Positions 1-11,993 of a stretch of 64,000 nt of DNA are shown piece by piece. The notes beneath the pieces are model-generated. The model saw only the letters and a list, made by a program, of their open reading frames with translations. It ran no database searches and was not told where the DNA came from. This stretch comes from Gammaproteobacteria bacterium (GTDB taxonomy: Bacteria > Pseudomonadota > Gammaproteobacteria > Eutrophobiales > Eutrophobiaceae): NCBI GenBank assembly GCA_965116495.1, contig OZ220696.1, forward strand, positions 3,328,001 to 3,392,000. The letters run 5' to 3'. The first letter of the stretch is position 1. The number at the start of each line of letters is the position of its first letter. The translations under genes were made by a program, and so were the position numbers.

Positions 1-1
1 C

Positions 2-1099
2 AAGGCGATCAAGTTGCTGGGTGAGGATATTCTCTACCTGCGCCGGGCCGGCCGCCTGTACGCGATTGAAGACCGCTGCAGCCACCGCGGCACGCGCTTC
101 TCGCAACGGCCCGTGTGTTATACGGACGATACCATTACCTGCTGGCACCACGCATTCACCTTTAACCTGGACGACGGCCGCATTCGCTGCCTGTTGAACG
201 ACCCCGACTCCTCCCTGGCCGGGCGCAAGGGGATAAAGAGCTACCCGGTGCGGGAAGTAAAAGGCGTAATTTTCACATTTGTCGGCGATATGAATCCGCC
301 GCCGCCCCTGGAGCACGACGTACCCCCCGGGTTTTTTGACGAAGACATGGCGATCTGCGTGGCGGACCCGTACCTGGTAAATGCAAACTGGCGCCTGGGT
401 TCGGAAGGCGGTTACGACCCGGGCCACCATTACATCCACAACTGGTCAAAATTCTCCATCAATTCACGCATACCCATGACCTTCGGCTGGGTGTCGAAGA
501 AGGAAGCGGTGCTGGAGACCAGTATTTACGAGCTGATGGAAAACGGCCCGAAAGGATTTACCCGCCTGGCGGCGGAGACCAACATGTCCATGACTGCAAA
601 AATACCCGGACGGAACGGCGGGGCGGATACCGATGTCATCCTGCCCATCGCCAAGGGCCAGTCCCCCCGGGAAATAGAAATTCTGGGACAGCACGCGTTC
701 ACCACCGAGGTCGGCGAGTGGCTACCCTGCGGGCTGAAGGTCAATCCATGGCCTTTCCCGGGGGTGGTTCACAACGAATACTACGTGCCGCGGGACGCCA
801 ACTCCCACTACTATTTCCAGTGCGGCTGGAAGCGCGTGGAAAATGAAGAGGAAGCCCGGGAATGGGCCGAAGGCGACTTGGGGCAGGTGCGCTGGAAAGT
901 CCCTGTAGTCGATGACTTTACCATCCAGGATGCCGAGGCGCGGGAATACATCCACGAATTCTATGCCAGCGAAGACGGCTGGAACCAGGAGCAGACGGCC
1001 CGGTTCGATATCGAGCTGCTGATGTGGCGCGTGTTTGCCGGTGAGTATAGCCGCGGTATCCAGGAGGAAAAGCACACGAAAGGCCATTTCAAGAGATAA
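2..1099 (+). CDS. Rieske non-heme iron oxygenase, CarAa/OxoO-like family; 5'-truncated by the window edge
   Basis: Rieske motif CSHRG...CWHH, mononuclear Fe motif GYDPGHHYIH, FTIQDAEARE and C-terminal RGIQ as in CarAa/OxoO; the frame is open from base 2 (KAIKLLGE). Confidence 0.9.
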   Translation, partial: KAIKLLGEDILYLRRAGRLYAIEDRCSHRGTRFSQRPVCYTDDTITCWHHAFTFNLDDGRIRCLLNDPDSSLAGRKGIKSYPVREVKGVIFTFVGDMNPPPPLEHDVPPGFFDEDMAICVADPYLVNANWRLGSEGGYDPGHHYIHNWSKFSINSRIPMTFGWVSKKEAVLETSIYELMENGPKGFTRLAAETNMSMTAKIPGRNGGADTDVILPIAKGQSPREIEILGQHAFTTEVGEWLPCGLKVNPWPFPGVVHNEYYVPRDANSHYYFQCGWKRVENEEEAREWAEGDLGQVRWKVPVVDDFTIQDAEAREYIHEFYASEDGWNQEQTARFDIELLMWRVFAGEYSRGIQEEKHTKGHFKR

Positions 1100-1105
1100 G
1101 AATCA

Positions 1106-1708
1106 ATGGGTACGGTATTGCATATCGATTGCAGTGCTCGTGCTGTCAATTCGGTCAGCCGCAGGTTATCCCGGATTGTGGTTGATCAACTCCTGGAGGC
1201 GGAGCCGTCTGTCCGGGTGATCAGGCGGGACCTGGGCGCTTCGGCGCCTGCGCCCGTTAACGCGGTGGAGGCGAAAGCCTTTTTTACCCCGCCACCGGAC
1301 AGGACCGGGGAGCAGGTCGGGGCGTTGGCAGATTCCGATGCCTTGACGGAGGAATTATTGCAGGCCGACACCTTGGTGCTGGGAACACCCATGTATAACT
1401 TTACGGTGCCGGCCAGCCTGAAAGCCTGGATCGATTACGTGGTCAGGCCCGGAAAGGCCTTCCGCCGGGTGGCCAACGGCCGGCTTGAGGGCCTGTGCGG
1501 AGGTAAAAAGGTCTATGTATGCACGGCCGGCAGCGGCAAGTCCAGGGGCACGGATATGGACCACTTGCGCCCGTACCTGGACACGATCTTTGCGTTTATC
1601 GGGATCACGGATGTCGTTTATTTCGATGCGGAGGGACTGGCATGGGGAGAGCAGGAACGGGAACGGTCGATAAATGCAGCAATCGAGAACATTCAACAGA
1701 ATCTGTAA
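1106..1708 (+). CDS. azoR: FMN-dependent NADH-azoreductase / quinone reductase (AzoR/AcpD)
   Basis: VLHIDCSAR...SVSRRL N-terminus and PMYNFTVPASLKAWID motif. Confidence 0.88.
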   Translation: MGTVLHIDCSARAVNSVSRRLSRIVVDQLLEAEPSVRVIRRDLGASAPAPVNAVEAKAFFTPPPDRTGEQVGALADSDALTEELLQADTLVLGTPMYNFTVPASLKAWIDYVVRPGKAFRRVANGRLEGLCGGKKVYVCTAGSGKSRGTDMDHLRPYLDTIFAFIGITDVVYFDAEGLAWGEQERERSINAAIENIQQNL

Positions 1709-1747
1709 AATACACAGAACATACTTCCTGACAAGAGGAGAGACGGC

Positions 1748-2659
1748 ATGTCGAAGATCAAGGGTCTAGGTTATATCGGTTGTGAGGTGACGGACTTTGA
1801 TGCCTGGGACAGCCTGCTGGACACCGTGTATGGACTGGAGCGGCGTGCGGACAGCGGGGAATCGCTCCGGCACTACCGCATGGACGATAACCACCACAGG
1901 CTGGCGCTGCATAAATCGAACAGCAACAAATTGAAATACATCGGCTGGGAGGTCGAATTCCAGGGAGACCTGGATAACCTGGCCGCTGAACTGAGCGACA
2001 AGGGTATAGCGGTAGAAGCCGGCAGCGCGGCGTTACGCGAGGAGCGCGCCGTGATGGACCTGTTTGTGGTAAGCGGGCCTGATGATATCCGCCTGGAAAT
2101 CTTTTTCGGCCCCGTGCAGGACTGCAAACCGTTTACGCCGAAGCGCGGGATGGAAGGTTACAATACCGGCGACCTGGGTATGGGACACATAGTGCTGGCT
2201 ACGGCCGACCGGCCGGCCTCGGTAAAGTGGTACGAGGACAACCTGGGCTTCCGCCTGAGCGACCATATTTTCTGGGATGACATACAGGCGACCTTCCTGC
2301 ATTGCAACCCGCGCCACCACAGCCTGGCCTTCATGAACCCTGTCGGCGGTATGAAGCCCGGCGACCTGGGTCATTTCATGTTCGAGAGCCTGTCGCTGAA
2401 TGACTTGGGCCGCGCCTACGATATCGTCCATGAACACAAGGTGCCGCTGGCCTTGACGCTGGGACGGCATTCCAATGACCACATGATGTCGTTTTATATC
2501 TATTCCCCTTCCGGATGGTGGATCGAGTACGGCCACGGCGCCCGCCTCATTGATGATGCGGAGTGGGAACCCAAGTTTTACAATTCCCCGAAGATCTGGG
2601 GCCACGAGATGCTGCCGCCACCAGGCGAAGCAGTCGCAGGGGAACAGCATAAACGCTAA
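1748..2659 (+). CDS. Type I (VOC) extradiol ring-cleavage dioxygenase, BphC/HsaC-like
   Basis: LGYIG N-terminus, GMGHIVL, FLHCNPRHHSLA, GRHSNDHMMSFY and SPSGWWIEYG motifs. Confidence 0.92.
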   Translation: MSKIKGLGYIGCEVTDFDAWDSLLDTVYGLERRADSGESLRHYRMDDNHHRLALHKSNSNKLKYIGWEVEFQGDLDNLAAELSDKGIAVEAGSAALREERAVMDLFVVSGPDDIRLEIFFGPVQDCKPFTPKRGMEGYNTGDLGMGHIVLATADRPASVKWYEDNLGFRLSDHIFWDDIQATFLHCNPRHHSLAFMNPVGGMKPGDLGHFMFESLSLNDLGRAYDIVHEHKVPLALTLGRHSNDHMMSFYIYSPSGWWIEYGHGARLIDDAEWEPKFYNSPKIWGHEMLPPPGEAVAGEQHKR

Positions 2660-2667
2660 AAAGATTA

Positions 2668-3849
<1,182 letters not shown>

Positions 3850-3864
3850 ATACTGGAGAAAACA

Positions 3865-4731
3865 ATGACAAATATCTGGAACCACCTGCAGGGAGTGGAA
3901 TTCAAACAGACCTGGTACGACGCCGGGGGTGTCAGGACACGCGCCATCGAAGCAGGTGATGGCCCCCCGTTGATATTGCTGCACGGCACCGGCGGCCATG
4001 CGGAAGCCTACGTGAAAAATATCGAGGCCCATGCAGAGCATTTCCACGTCTATGCCATCGACATGGTGGGCCACGGCTACACCGACGCCCCAGACATCGG
4101 TTATCACATGCAGTGTTACGTGGACTTTATGAAAGACTTCCTGGACGCCATCGGCGCAGATAAAGCCCACATCTCGGGAGAATCCCTCGGCGCAACGGTC
4201 GCGTCCTGGTTCGCCCTGCAGTACCCGGACCGGGTCGGCAAGATCGTCATGAATACCGGTATGATGCTGCCGCCGGACGAGGCAGGCGCGGTGGAATTAA
4301 GAGATCTGCTGGAACGCAGCCGCAAGGCCGCCGGCTCACCGGACCGTAATGCGGTCAGGCAACGGATGCGCTGGCTGATGCACCGTGATGAGGACGTGAC
4401 AGACGAGATCGTCGAAGTGCGCTACCGCATCTACCAGCAACCGGGCCGCGCCGCGGTGATCAGGAAGATCGCAGAGCAAAGCATCGGCGCACTGCTGGAC
4501 CCGGTCGAGCAGGAAAAATGGTACAAACCGGAATTGCTGCAGCAGTTGCCCTGTCCCACACTGGTGTTGTGGACGCGTTACAACCCGGGCCAACTGGTAC
4601 CGCTGGCGGAGCAGGGCGCCGCCCTGATTCCCGACAGCGAACTGGTGGTGCTGGAAAATTCCGCCCACTGGCCGCAGTGGGAGGAACCGGAAGCATTCAA
4701 CAAGGCGCATATCGGGTACCTGCTAAAGTAA
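3865..4731 (+). CDS. Alpha/beta hydrolase, meta-cleavage product hydrolase family (BphD/MhpC/CarC-like)
   Basis: LLHGTGG oxyanion region, GESLG nucleophile elbow and AHWPQWE catalytic His; lies beside an extradiol dioxygenase. Confidence 0.85.
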   Translation: MTNIWNHLQGVEFKQTWYDAGGVRTRAIEAGDGPPLILLHGTGGHAEAYVKNIEAHAEHFHVYAIDMVGHGYTDAPDIGYHMQCYVDFMKDFLDAIGADKAHISGESLGATVASWFALQYPDRVGKIVMNTGMMLPPDEAGAVELRDLLERSRKAAGSPDRNAVRQRMRWLMHRDEDVTDEIVEVRYRIYQQPGRAAVIRKIAEQSIGALLDPVEQEKWYKPELLQQLPCPTLVLWTRYNPGQLVPLAEQGAALIPDSELVVLENSAHWPQWEEPEAFNKAHIGYLLK

Positions 4732-4758
4732 CCCCGCAATATCATTTTGAAAACTGAG

Positions 4759-6024
4759 ATGAGCGAAATCACCCGAAACCTGCTGGAAGAGACCCAGGAC
4801 TATGTGGAACAGGCCAAGGCCAGGACAGCGCGGGCGCGCAAGCCCTGGCAGGTCTGGCTTGACGCGGAGTGGGGGTTTCGCAATTACTGGTACCCGGCGG
4901 CGTTGTCACGCCACCTGGACGAAGGGGACGCAAAAGGGATTGAACTGCTGGGAGAGGAAATCCTGCTCACCCGGCAGAACGGCAAACTACATGCCATGGA
5001 AGACCGCTGCCCGCACCGCGGCATCCGTTTCTCGGCCCGACCCCTGTTCTACACAAAGGAAACCCTGACCTGCTGGTACCACACCTGGACCTACGACCTG
5101 GAGGACGGCAGCCTGCGCACCATACTCAGCTCGCCGGATTCGAAGATGATAGGCAAGTGCAGTATCAAGATCTACCCGGTGGAAGAGCGCAAGGGCATCA
5201 TCTTCATCTTCGTGGGCGATATTGAACCACCGCCCCTGTACTACGACCTGGCGCCCGGCCTGCTGGATGATAACGCTGTGGTTTATTGCGGCGAACCTTA
5301 CGAGATCAACGCCAACTGGCGCCTCGGGTGTGAAAACGGTTACGACCCCGGCCACCAGTTCATCCACAATTGGTCGGAGATGTGCATCAACGCCGGGATG
5401 CACACCTCCTACGGATACACGTCCACCAGGGAAGCCGTGCTGGATACCACCCGTTACGTAGAAAATGAAGACGGCCCGAAAGGCTTTACCCGCAAGGTGG
5501 AGAAAACGGAATTCAAGCACGAAGCATTTATCCCCCTCAAGGACGGCGGGCGCAAGGACCTGGTCCTGCCCCTGGCCAGGGGCAAGTCTCCGGAGGAACT
5601 GGCGCAGTTGACTGATATCATCCGCCTGGGCACCGTCGGGCTGTGGATGCCCTGTTCGCTAAAGGTGACCACATTCCCGGCGCCCCAGTGCACCCACTAC
5701 GAGTTCTATGTGCCGAAGAACAAGGACGTGCACATCTATTTCCAGTTCGGCGTGATCCACACCGACGACGAGGACGAAGCGGAACGCTGGCTGGGCGAAG
5801 ACGGCCGGGTCATGTGGGAGGTGCCTGCAGTGGAGGGGTTTACCGTGGACGATGCCTTTGCCCGAGAACAACTGCATAAATACTATGCCGAGGAGGACGG
5901 GTGGCAGCGGGAACGGCTGTTCCAGCCGGACGTCGAACTGACCATGTGGCGCCGGTTTGCCAGCAAACATGCCCGCGGCATACAGACCGCCGATCATACC
6001 CGCGGCTACTTCAAACGGGACTGA
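4759..6024 (+). CDS. Second CarAa/OxoO-like Rieske oxygenase
   Basis: GFRNYWYPA, CPHRG...CWYH, ENGYDPGHQFIH, EGFTVDDAFARE and RGIQ motifs; ATG at 4759, alternative TTG at 4747. Confidence 0.9.
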   Translation: MSEITRNLLEETQDYVEQAKARTARARKPWQVWLDAEWGFRNYWYPAALSRHLDEGDAKGIELLGEEILLTRQNGKLHAMEDRCPHRGIRFSARPLFYTKETLTCWYHTWTYDLEDGSLRTILSSPDSKMIGKCSIKIYPVEERKGIIFIFVGDIEPPPLYYDLAPGLLDDNAVVYCGEPYEINANWRLGCENGYDPGHQFIHNWSEMCINAGMHTSYGYTSTREAVLDTTRYVENEDGPKGFTRKVEKTEFKHEAFIPLKDGGRKDLVLPLARGKSPEELAQLTDIIRLGTVGLWMPCSLKVTTFPAPQCTHYEFYVPKNKDVHIYFQFGVIHTDDEDEAERWLGEDGRVMWEVPAVEGFTVDDAFAREQLHKYYAEEDGWQRERLFQPDVELTMWRRFASKHARGIQTADHTRGYFKRD

Positions 6025-6026
6025 CC

Positions 6027-6667
6027 TTGGGTAATCCCTACGATGACCTGACCTACGGTGGTCGGCCGGTGGGGTTTGGCGAAAGACCGGCCATCGCCGT
6101 CGTCGATCTGCAGGTGGGATTTACTGATCCGCAGTATCCGCTGGGGGGACGCCCGCTGGTCGCGGCGGCCACGGAACATACCTCCCTGCTGGTCAGGGCG
6201 GCGCGCCAGAAAGGCGTACCCATCGCTTCCTGCGCCATGGCCTACAAGGACGCGGGAGACATGCCCCACTGGAAGATCCTGGCCATGTACGCAGGGTCCT
6301 TCTTCAAGGGGCACCCTGCCGTTGAACTGGACCCGCGCATCTACGATGCCGGCCATGACCTGGCTGTTATCAAAAGCGCGCCCTCCATCTTTTTTGCAAC
6401 TCCCGTACACCAGTACTTCACCCGGCACAACGTGGACACGGTGATTGTCTGCGGCTGCATGACGGCAGGCTGTGTGCGCGCCTCCGTCATCGACAGCTTT
6501 TCCCACGGCTGGCGCACCATCGTCCCCGAGGAATGTGTGGGCGACGTGGACCAGGCGCCCCATGACGCCAACCTGCTGGACATGCGCCGGCGCTATGCCG
6601 ACGTGTTGCCCCTGCAGGAGGTTATGGCTTATATTGACAACCTAGATTTGACACTTAATACAAATCC

Positions 6668-6671
<4 letters not shown>
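6027..6671 (+). CDS. Isochorismatase-family cysteine amidohydrolase (maleamate amidase NicF / N-carbamoylsarcosine amidase-like)
   Basis: GFGERPAIAVVD (Asp), K-SAPSIFF (Lys) and GCMTAGCVRASVID (Cys); the likely start is the TTG just after the oxygenase stop. Confidence 0.82.
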
Positions 6672-8016
<1,345 letters not shown>

Positions 8017-8028
8017 TTAATGCTTAAT

Positions 8029-8121
8029 CGTCATTCCTGCGAATGCAGGAATCCAGTGAAAAAACATTCCTTATTAAGGAGTTCTGTTGTCTACTGGATT
8101 CCCGCATGCGCGGGAATGACG
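8029..8121. repeat. CGTC-type REP doublet (inverted pair)
   Basis: CGTCATTCCTGCGAATGCAGGAATCCAG ... CTGGATTCCCGCATGCGCGGGAATGACG. Confidence 0.85.
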
Positions 8122-8183
8122 CACGAAATAGCAAATGACGAACCATGATACGACATTATTTATAATGAACAGGTGAACCAACT

Positions 8184-8999
8184 ATGAGCGCCGTTTCCGC
8201 CTTTCTGGTACCTGGCTCCCCCTTGCCCTACGTGCAGCGTGACAATCCGCCCTGGGGCGAAATTGCCGTTGCCATGGAAACCGCCGGCAAATCCCTGGCC
8301 GCCTCAGACCCGGACCTGATCGTCATCTATTCCACCCAGTGGATCGCGGTGCTGGACCAGTTGTGGCAGACCCGTGCGGTCCTGAAGGGCCTGCACGTTG
8401 ATGAGAACTGGCACGAGTATGGCGACCTGCCGTTCGACATGAAGATCGACGTCGAATTTGCCGAACTGGCGTTGAAAAAGACTGCCGCAGCAGGAATCAA
8501 GGCCAAAGGCGTGGACTATGATCATTTCCCGGTGGACACCGGCGCCATCGTCGCGTCCAACTTCCTTAACCCGGGCGGTGACATCCCCCTGGCCATCACG
8601 TCCAATAACGTCTACCACGACTGGCAGATGACGGAATCCCTGGGCCGGGTCGCTGCCGAATCAGCAGCCAAACTCGACCGGAAACTGGCCGTAATCGGCG
8701 TAGGCGGCCTGTCCGGCTCCATCTACCGTCACGTAATCGACATCAGCGACGATAAAATCGCCGACCCCGCGGAGGATGAATGGAACAGGAAGATCCTGGC
8801 AATAATGGAGCAAGGCGACACGGAGACCTTGTTACAGACCTGCCACGACTATGCCGCCGCGGCCCGGGTGGACATGGGCTTCAAACACTTCGCATTCATC
8901 ATGGGCGCCACCGGCGGCAACTTCAACGGCGCCACGGTGCATGCCTACGGCCCCCTGTACGGCAGTGGCGCCGCCGTCGTCGAATTCGACCTAAATTGA
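8184..8999 (+). CDS. amnA: 2-aminophenol 1,6-dioxygenase alpha subunit
   Basis: VSAFLVPGSPLP, YSTQWIAVLDQLWQ and YGPLYGSGAAV (LigB fold); follows amnB. Confidence 0.92.
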   Translation: MSAVSAFLVPGSPLPYVQRDNPPWGEIAVAMETAGKSLAASDPDLIVIYSTQWIAVLDQLWQTRAVLKGLHVDENWHEYGDLPFDMKIDVEFAELALKKTAAAGIKAKGVDYDHFPVDTGAIVASNFLNPGGDIPLAITSNNVYHDWQMTESLGRVAAESAAKLDRKLAVIGVGGLSGSIYRHVIDISDDKIADPAEDEWNRKILAIMEQGDTETLLQTCHDYAAAARVDMGFKHFAFIMGATGGNFNGATVHAYGPLYGSGAAVVEFDLN

Positions 9000-9043
9000 A
9001 AAAGAAGTATTCAACGTCTTAATCCCGACAGACGATTCCCTTT

Positions 9044-9158
9044 CTAACCGGCAATTGGTCGCGGTATTAACCGGCAATTAGTCGGAATACTAACCGGCAA
9101 TTGGTCGCTATACTAACCGGCAATTAGTCGCTATACTAACCGGCAAATGGCCGCTGCT
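9044..9158 (+). repeat. Five tandem 23-bp direct repeats upstream of an AAA_14/DUF4143 gene
   Basis: Units start at 9044, 9067, 9090, 9113 and 9136; consensus CTAACCGGCAATTRGTCGCTATA. Confidence 0.95.
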
Positions 9159-10394
9159 TATTCCATGCTTCCTCGCTTGCTGACACCCGTTATTCGTGAG
9201 GCAATGGCGGATACGCCGGTGATTTGTCTTTTGGGCCCGCGGCAGAGCGGGAAGACTACGCTCGTCCGGCAATTGGAACCGGAACGCGCTTATGTCAGTC
9301 TGGACGATAACAACTATTACCAGACTGCCACCTCAGACCCAGCCGAGTTTATGGCAAGTCTACCGGGTGTCGTCACTCTGGATGAAGTGCAGCGCGCTCC
9401 AATGCTGCTTCCCGCCATCAAGCGCGCCGTCGATGAAGATCGCCGCCCCGGTCGTTTCCTGCTTACCGGCTCAGCTAACCTGTTACTGCTGCCGAAAGTA
9501 ACCGAATCCCTGGCAGGACGCATGGAGATTGTATGGTTGCAGCCGTTGACGGAAGCGGAAAAAATGCGTCAGCCTGGTCTTTTCGTGAACGCCCTGTTGG
9601 AAGGGGCGTTCAATACAGCTATCAGACCCGAAACGCAAACGATTGAACCGACATTGGCAGAACGACTGACGGCCGGTGGCTATCCCGAACCATTGGTCCG
9701 TTCACCGGTCCGAGCCCGCCAGTGGCGCCGGCAATACCTGCACACCATCATTGAACGGGACGTACAGGATGTGGCGCGGGTCAGAGACAGTCACGAATTG
9801 GCCCGCCTGTTGGAATTATTGGCCGTGCGTAGCGCCCAACTGTTCAATGCCAGTAACCTGGCGAACAGTCTTGGTTTGCATAGGGACACCGTGGAGCATT
9901 ATGTCAGCGTGTTGGAGCGGTTGTTTCTCGTGCGTCGTCTGCCCGCCTGGCACCGTAACACCGGCAAACGACTCATCAAGTCTCCGAAATTGCACTTGGC
10001 CGATAGCGGACTCGCCGCTACCCTTGCTGGTCTCAGCGCGGAAGACTGGCTAGGCAAACGGGAACGGATGGGACACCTGTTGGAGTCATTCGTGGTTCAG
10101 CAGCTTATCGCCCAGGCTGCCTGGACCGATCCGGACCTTCGGTTCTGGCACTATCGTGACAAGGATCAGGTGGAAGTGGATGTAGTCATCACCCAGGGCA
10201 GGAAAACCTGGGGCATCGAAGTCAAAGCTGCTACCACCCTGAACCCAAAAGACGGGAAAGGACTCACTCGCCTCGCAGACTATTGCGGTAAGGACTTCAA
10301 ACGCGGCATCCTGCTCTATACCGGGAAGGATATACTACCCCTGAGAGATAAACGCCTGCTCGCGGTGCCGGTCAGCGAACTTTGGAAGCGGTAA
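9147..10394 (+). CDS. AAA_14 ATPase + DUF4143 (PD-(D/E)xK-like) protein
   Basis: GPRQSGKT Walker A, LDEVQR Walker B, LLTGSA, GGYPE and YRDKDQVEVD...GIEVK; alternative ATG at 9165. Confidence 0.9.
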   Translation: MAAAYSMLPRLLTPVIREAMADTPVICLLGPRQSGKTTLVRQLEPERAYVSLDDNNYYQTATSDPAEFMASLPGVVTLDEVQRAPMLLPAIKRAVDEDRRPGRFLLTGSANLLLLPKVTESLAGRMEIVWLQPLTEAEKMRQPGLFVNALLEGAFNTAIRPETQTIEPTLAERLTAGGYPEPLVRSPVRARQWRRQYLHTIIERDVQDVARVRDSHELARLLELLAVRSAQLFNASNLANSLGLHRDTVEHYVSVLERLFLVRRLPAWHRNTGKRLIKSPKLHLADSGLAATLAGLSAEDWLGKRERMGHLLESFVVQQLIAQAAWTDPDLRFWHYRDKDQVEVDVVITQGRKTWGIEVKAATTLNPKDGKGLTRLADYCGKDFKRGILLYTGKDILPLRDKRLLAVPVSELWKR

Positions 10395-10418
10395 GCAACG
10401 CACTACTGAGGAATAGCA

Positions 10419-10515
10419 ATGACAGGAAATATCCATCAAATTCCTGTAAGACAACATAATGATGACCGGATACGGCGCGCTGAGAGTTGGCTCAGGCGAA
10501 GCGAGCTAGCAGTCT
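10419..10515 (+). pseudogene. Possible N-terminal remnant of a HEPN-like protein
   Basis: GAGGA RBS, then MTGN...RIRRAESWLRRSE, resembling the R(V/I)HRALSWL start of a HEPN family; the resemblance is lost afterwards. Confidence 0.3.
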
Positions 10516-10714
10516 GTCGGACTTGGGCGCCGCGAGTATCTTTGCAGACCACTTTTCAGGTCTTTTTGACGCGGCAAGGCGCACGTGCATGTTGCCTGAA
10601 CCTATACATGTACAATATGGGGATGTACAGACCTCACCAGGCGCCTGTCCTGATGAAGGAATTCGGTAAGGTACTTATATCTCTTGTCGCAAATTTTGCG
10701 ACAACTGCTACTGA

Positions 10715-11767
10715 CTACGGTTCAACGTAGGTTTTCAACACGTTCCATGTATGCCAGCCCTCCAGCAGGGCATCCGGGTATCCACCGCTGGTTTCCCGCA
10801 GTTCTGCAGGAGGGAGATATTTCTTCGGCAATGGAAAGGCCTCGACGATATCCTCGTACGCAACGCCGCTCTGCTTCAATCGATCCGTTTCCGAGATCAA
10901 CTCGGCCAGGTAGGTCTGGAATTTGAGCATGTGGGTCCTTATCCTGTCTTTCCCGGCCAGCACACCGCCGTGACCAGGGATGAGCACTTCAATGTCCAGC
11001 GTCTCGATGAGCCTGGCCATGGTCTGCAGGTACTCCTGCGCGTGCCCTTCTATAACCCAGGGAATACCCGACGGGCCCAGAATGAGGTTCCCGGTCCAGG
11101 CGATTTTCTCTTCGGGCAGGTAAACGATGCTGTCACCGGGCCCGCAGCCCATCCCGAAATAGTGGAACTGGACAATCCGCCCGCCCAGGTCCAGTTCCAT
11201 GAATTCATCAAATACCTGGTCAGGCAGTCTCTTGGGCGCTGCCGCGTAAACGGCGGGATCATCCACCAGGGCGAGCAGGAATTCCTTCTCGAAATCAAAC
11301 CGGGAATCTATCAAATCCCTGGTGATCCTGTGCGCGATTATGTGAGTTTCCTCCGGGAAGTAGCCATTGCCGAAAGTGTGGTCTCCATGGTAGTTCGTAT
11401 TGAAAAGATAGTCGGGCGTGTCGCGTCCGGTGAGTGATTTCACGTTCGCCAGGATTTTCCCTGCCATATCTTCGTTGATGTGGGCATCCACTACCAGAAC
11501 ACTGTCGTCGCCGATAATGACGCCTGAATTATCGACCGGTTTTCGTGTTGAAATTAAGCCGTATACCCCGGGCCCGAATTCCTGCGGCAGTAATTCAACC
11601 CCCTCAGGCTTGATTTTCACGCCATGTATCTGAGGTAGATTCGGCGGGATAATTATCATGTCCCGGTCTTTCGGATGCAGCGCCGTTGTGCCTGCATCCA
11701 GCCCGGCCCGCGCCGTCGAAGCCAGTGCAAGCGCGCTAAAACAAACGTATATTAAAAATAGCCTCAT
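10715..11767 (-). CDS. Secreted metallo-beta-lactamase-fold hydrolase
   Basis: Signal peptide MRLFLIYVCFSALALASTARA; NTNYHGDHTFGN motif and IPGHG. Confidence 0.85.
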   Translation of the reverse strand: MRLFLIYVCFSALALASTARAGLDAGTTALHPKDRDMIIIPPNLPQIHGVKIKPEGVELLPQEFGPGVYGLISTRKPVDNSGVIIGDDSVLVVDAHINEDMAGKILANVKSLTGRDTPDYLFNTNYHGDHTFGNGYFPEETHIIAHRITRDLIDSRFDFEKEFLLALVDDPAVYAAAPKRLPDQVFDEFMELDLGGRIVQFHYFGMGCGPGDSIVYLPEEKIAWTGNLILGPSGIPWVIEGHAQEYLQTMARLIETLDIEVLIPGHGGVLAGKDRIRTHMLKFQTYLAELISETDRLKQSGVAYEDIVEAFPLPKKYLPPAELRETSGGYPDALLEGWHTWNVLKTYVEP

Positions 11768-11993
11768 CAGCCCACCCCTGTGACAGTCAGCGAAAAAAGA
11801 TACTACACTGTTTCCATGTTCTTAATATATAGTAAATTGGGCCGGACCTGCATAACCATATATAACCAGAGGAGAATTGTCTTATGCATGATTCCAGTTT
11901 TACTCCCTCACACTATGTGGAAGGTACCTTATTTTAGTATAATTGAAATTTAGAGTTTGAATTATCCTAATATTACTGGTAGAATCTGTTCTC

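Noticed and set aside
5901-6026. N-terminal extension of the amidase in the ORF track
   Set aside because: It overlaps the oxygenase 3' end; the TTG at 6027 fits better. The same reasoning applies to extended starts for galE, cobS, cobD, mscS, btuD and recN.
9044-9158. CRISPR array
   Set aside because: The units are contiguous 23-mers without unique spacers, and there are no cas genes in the window.
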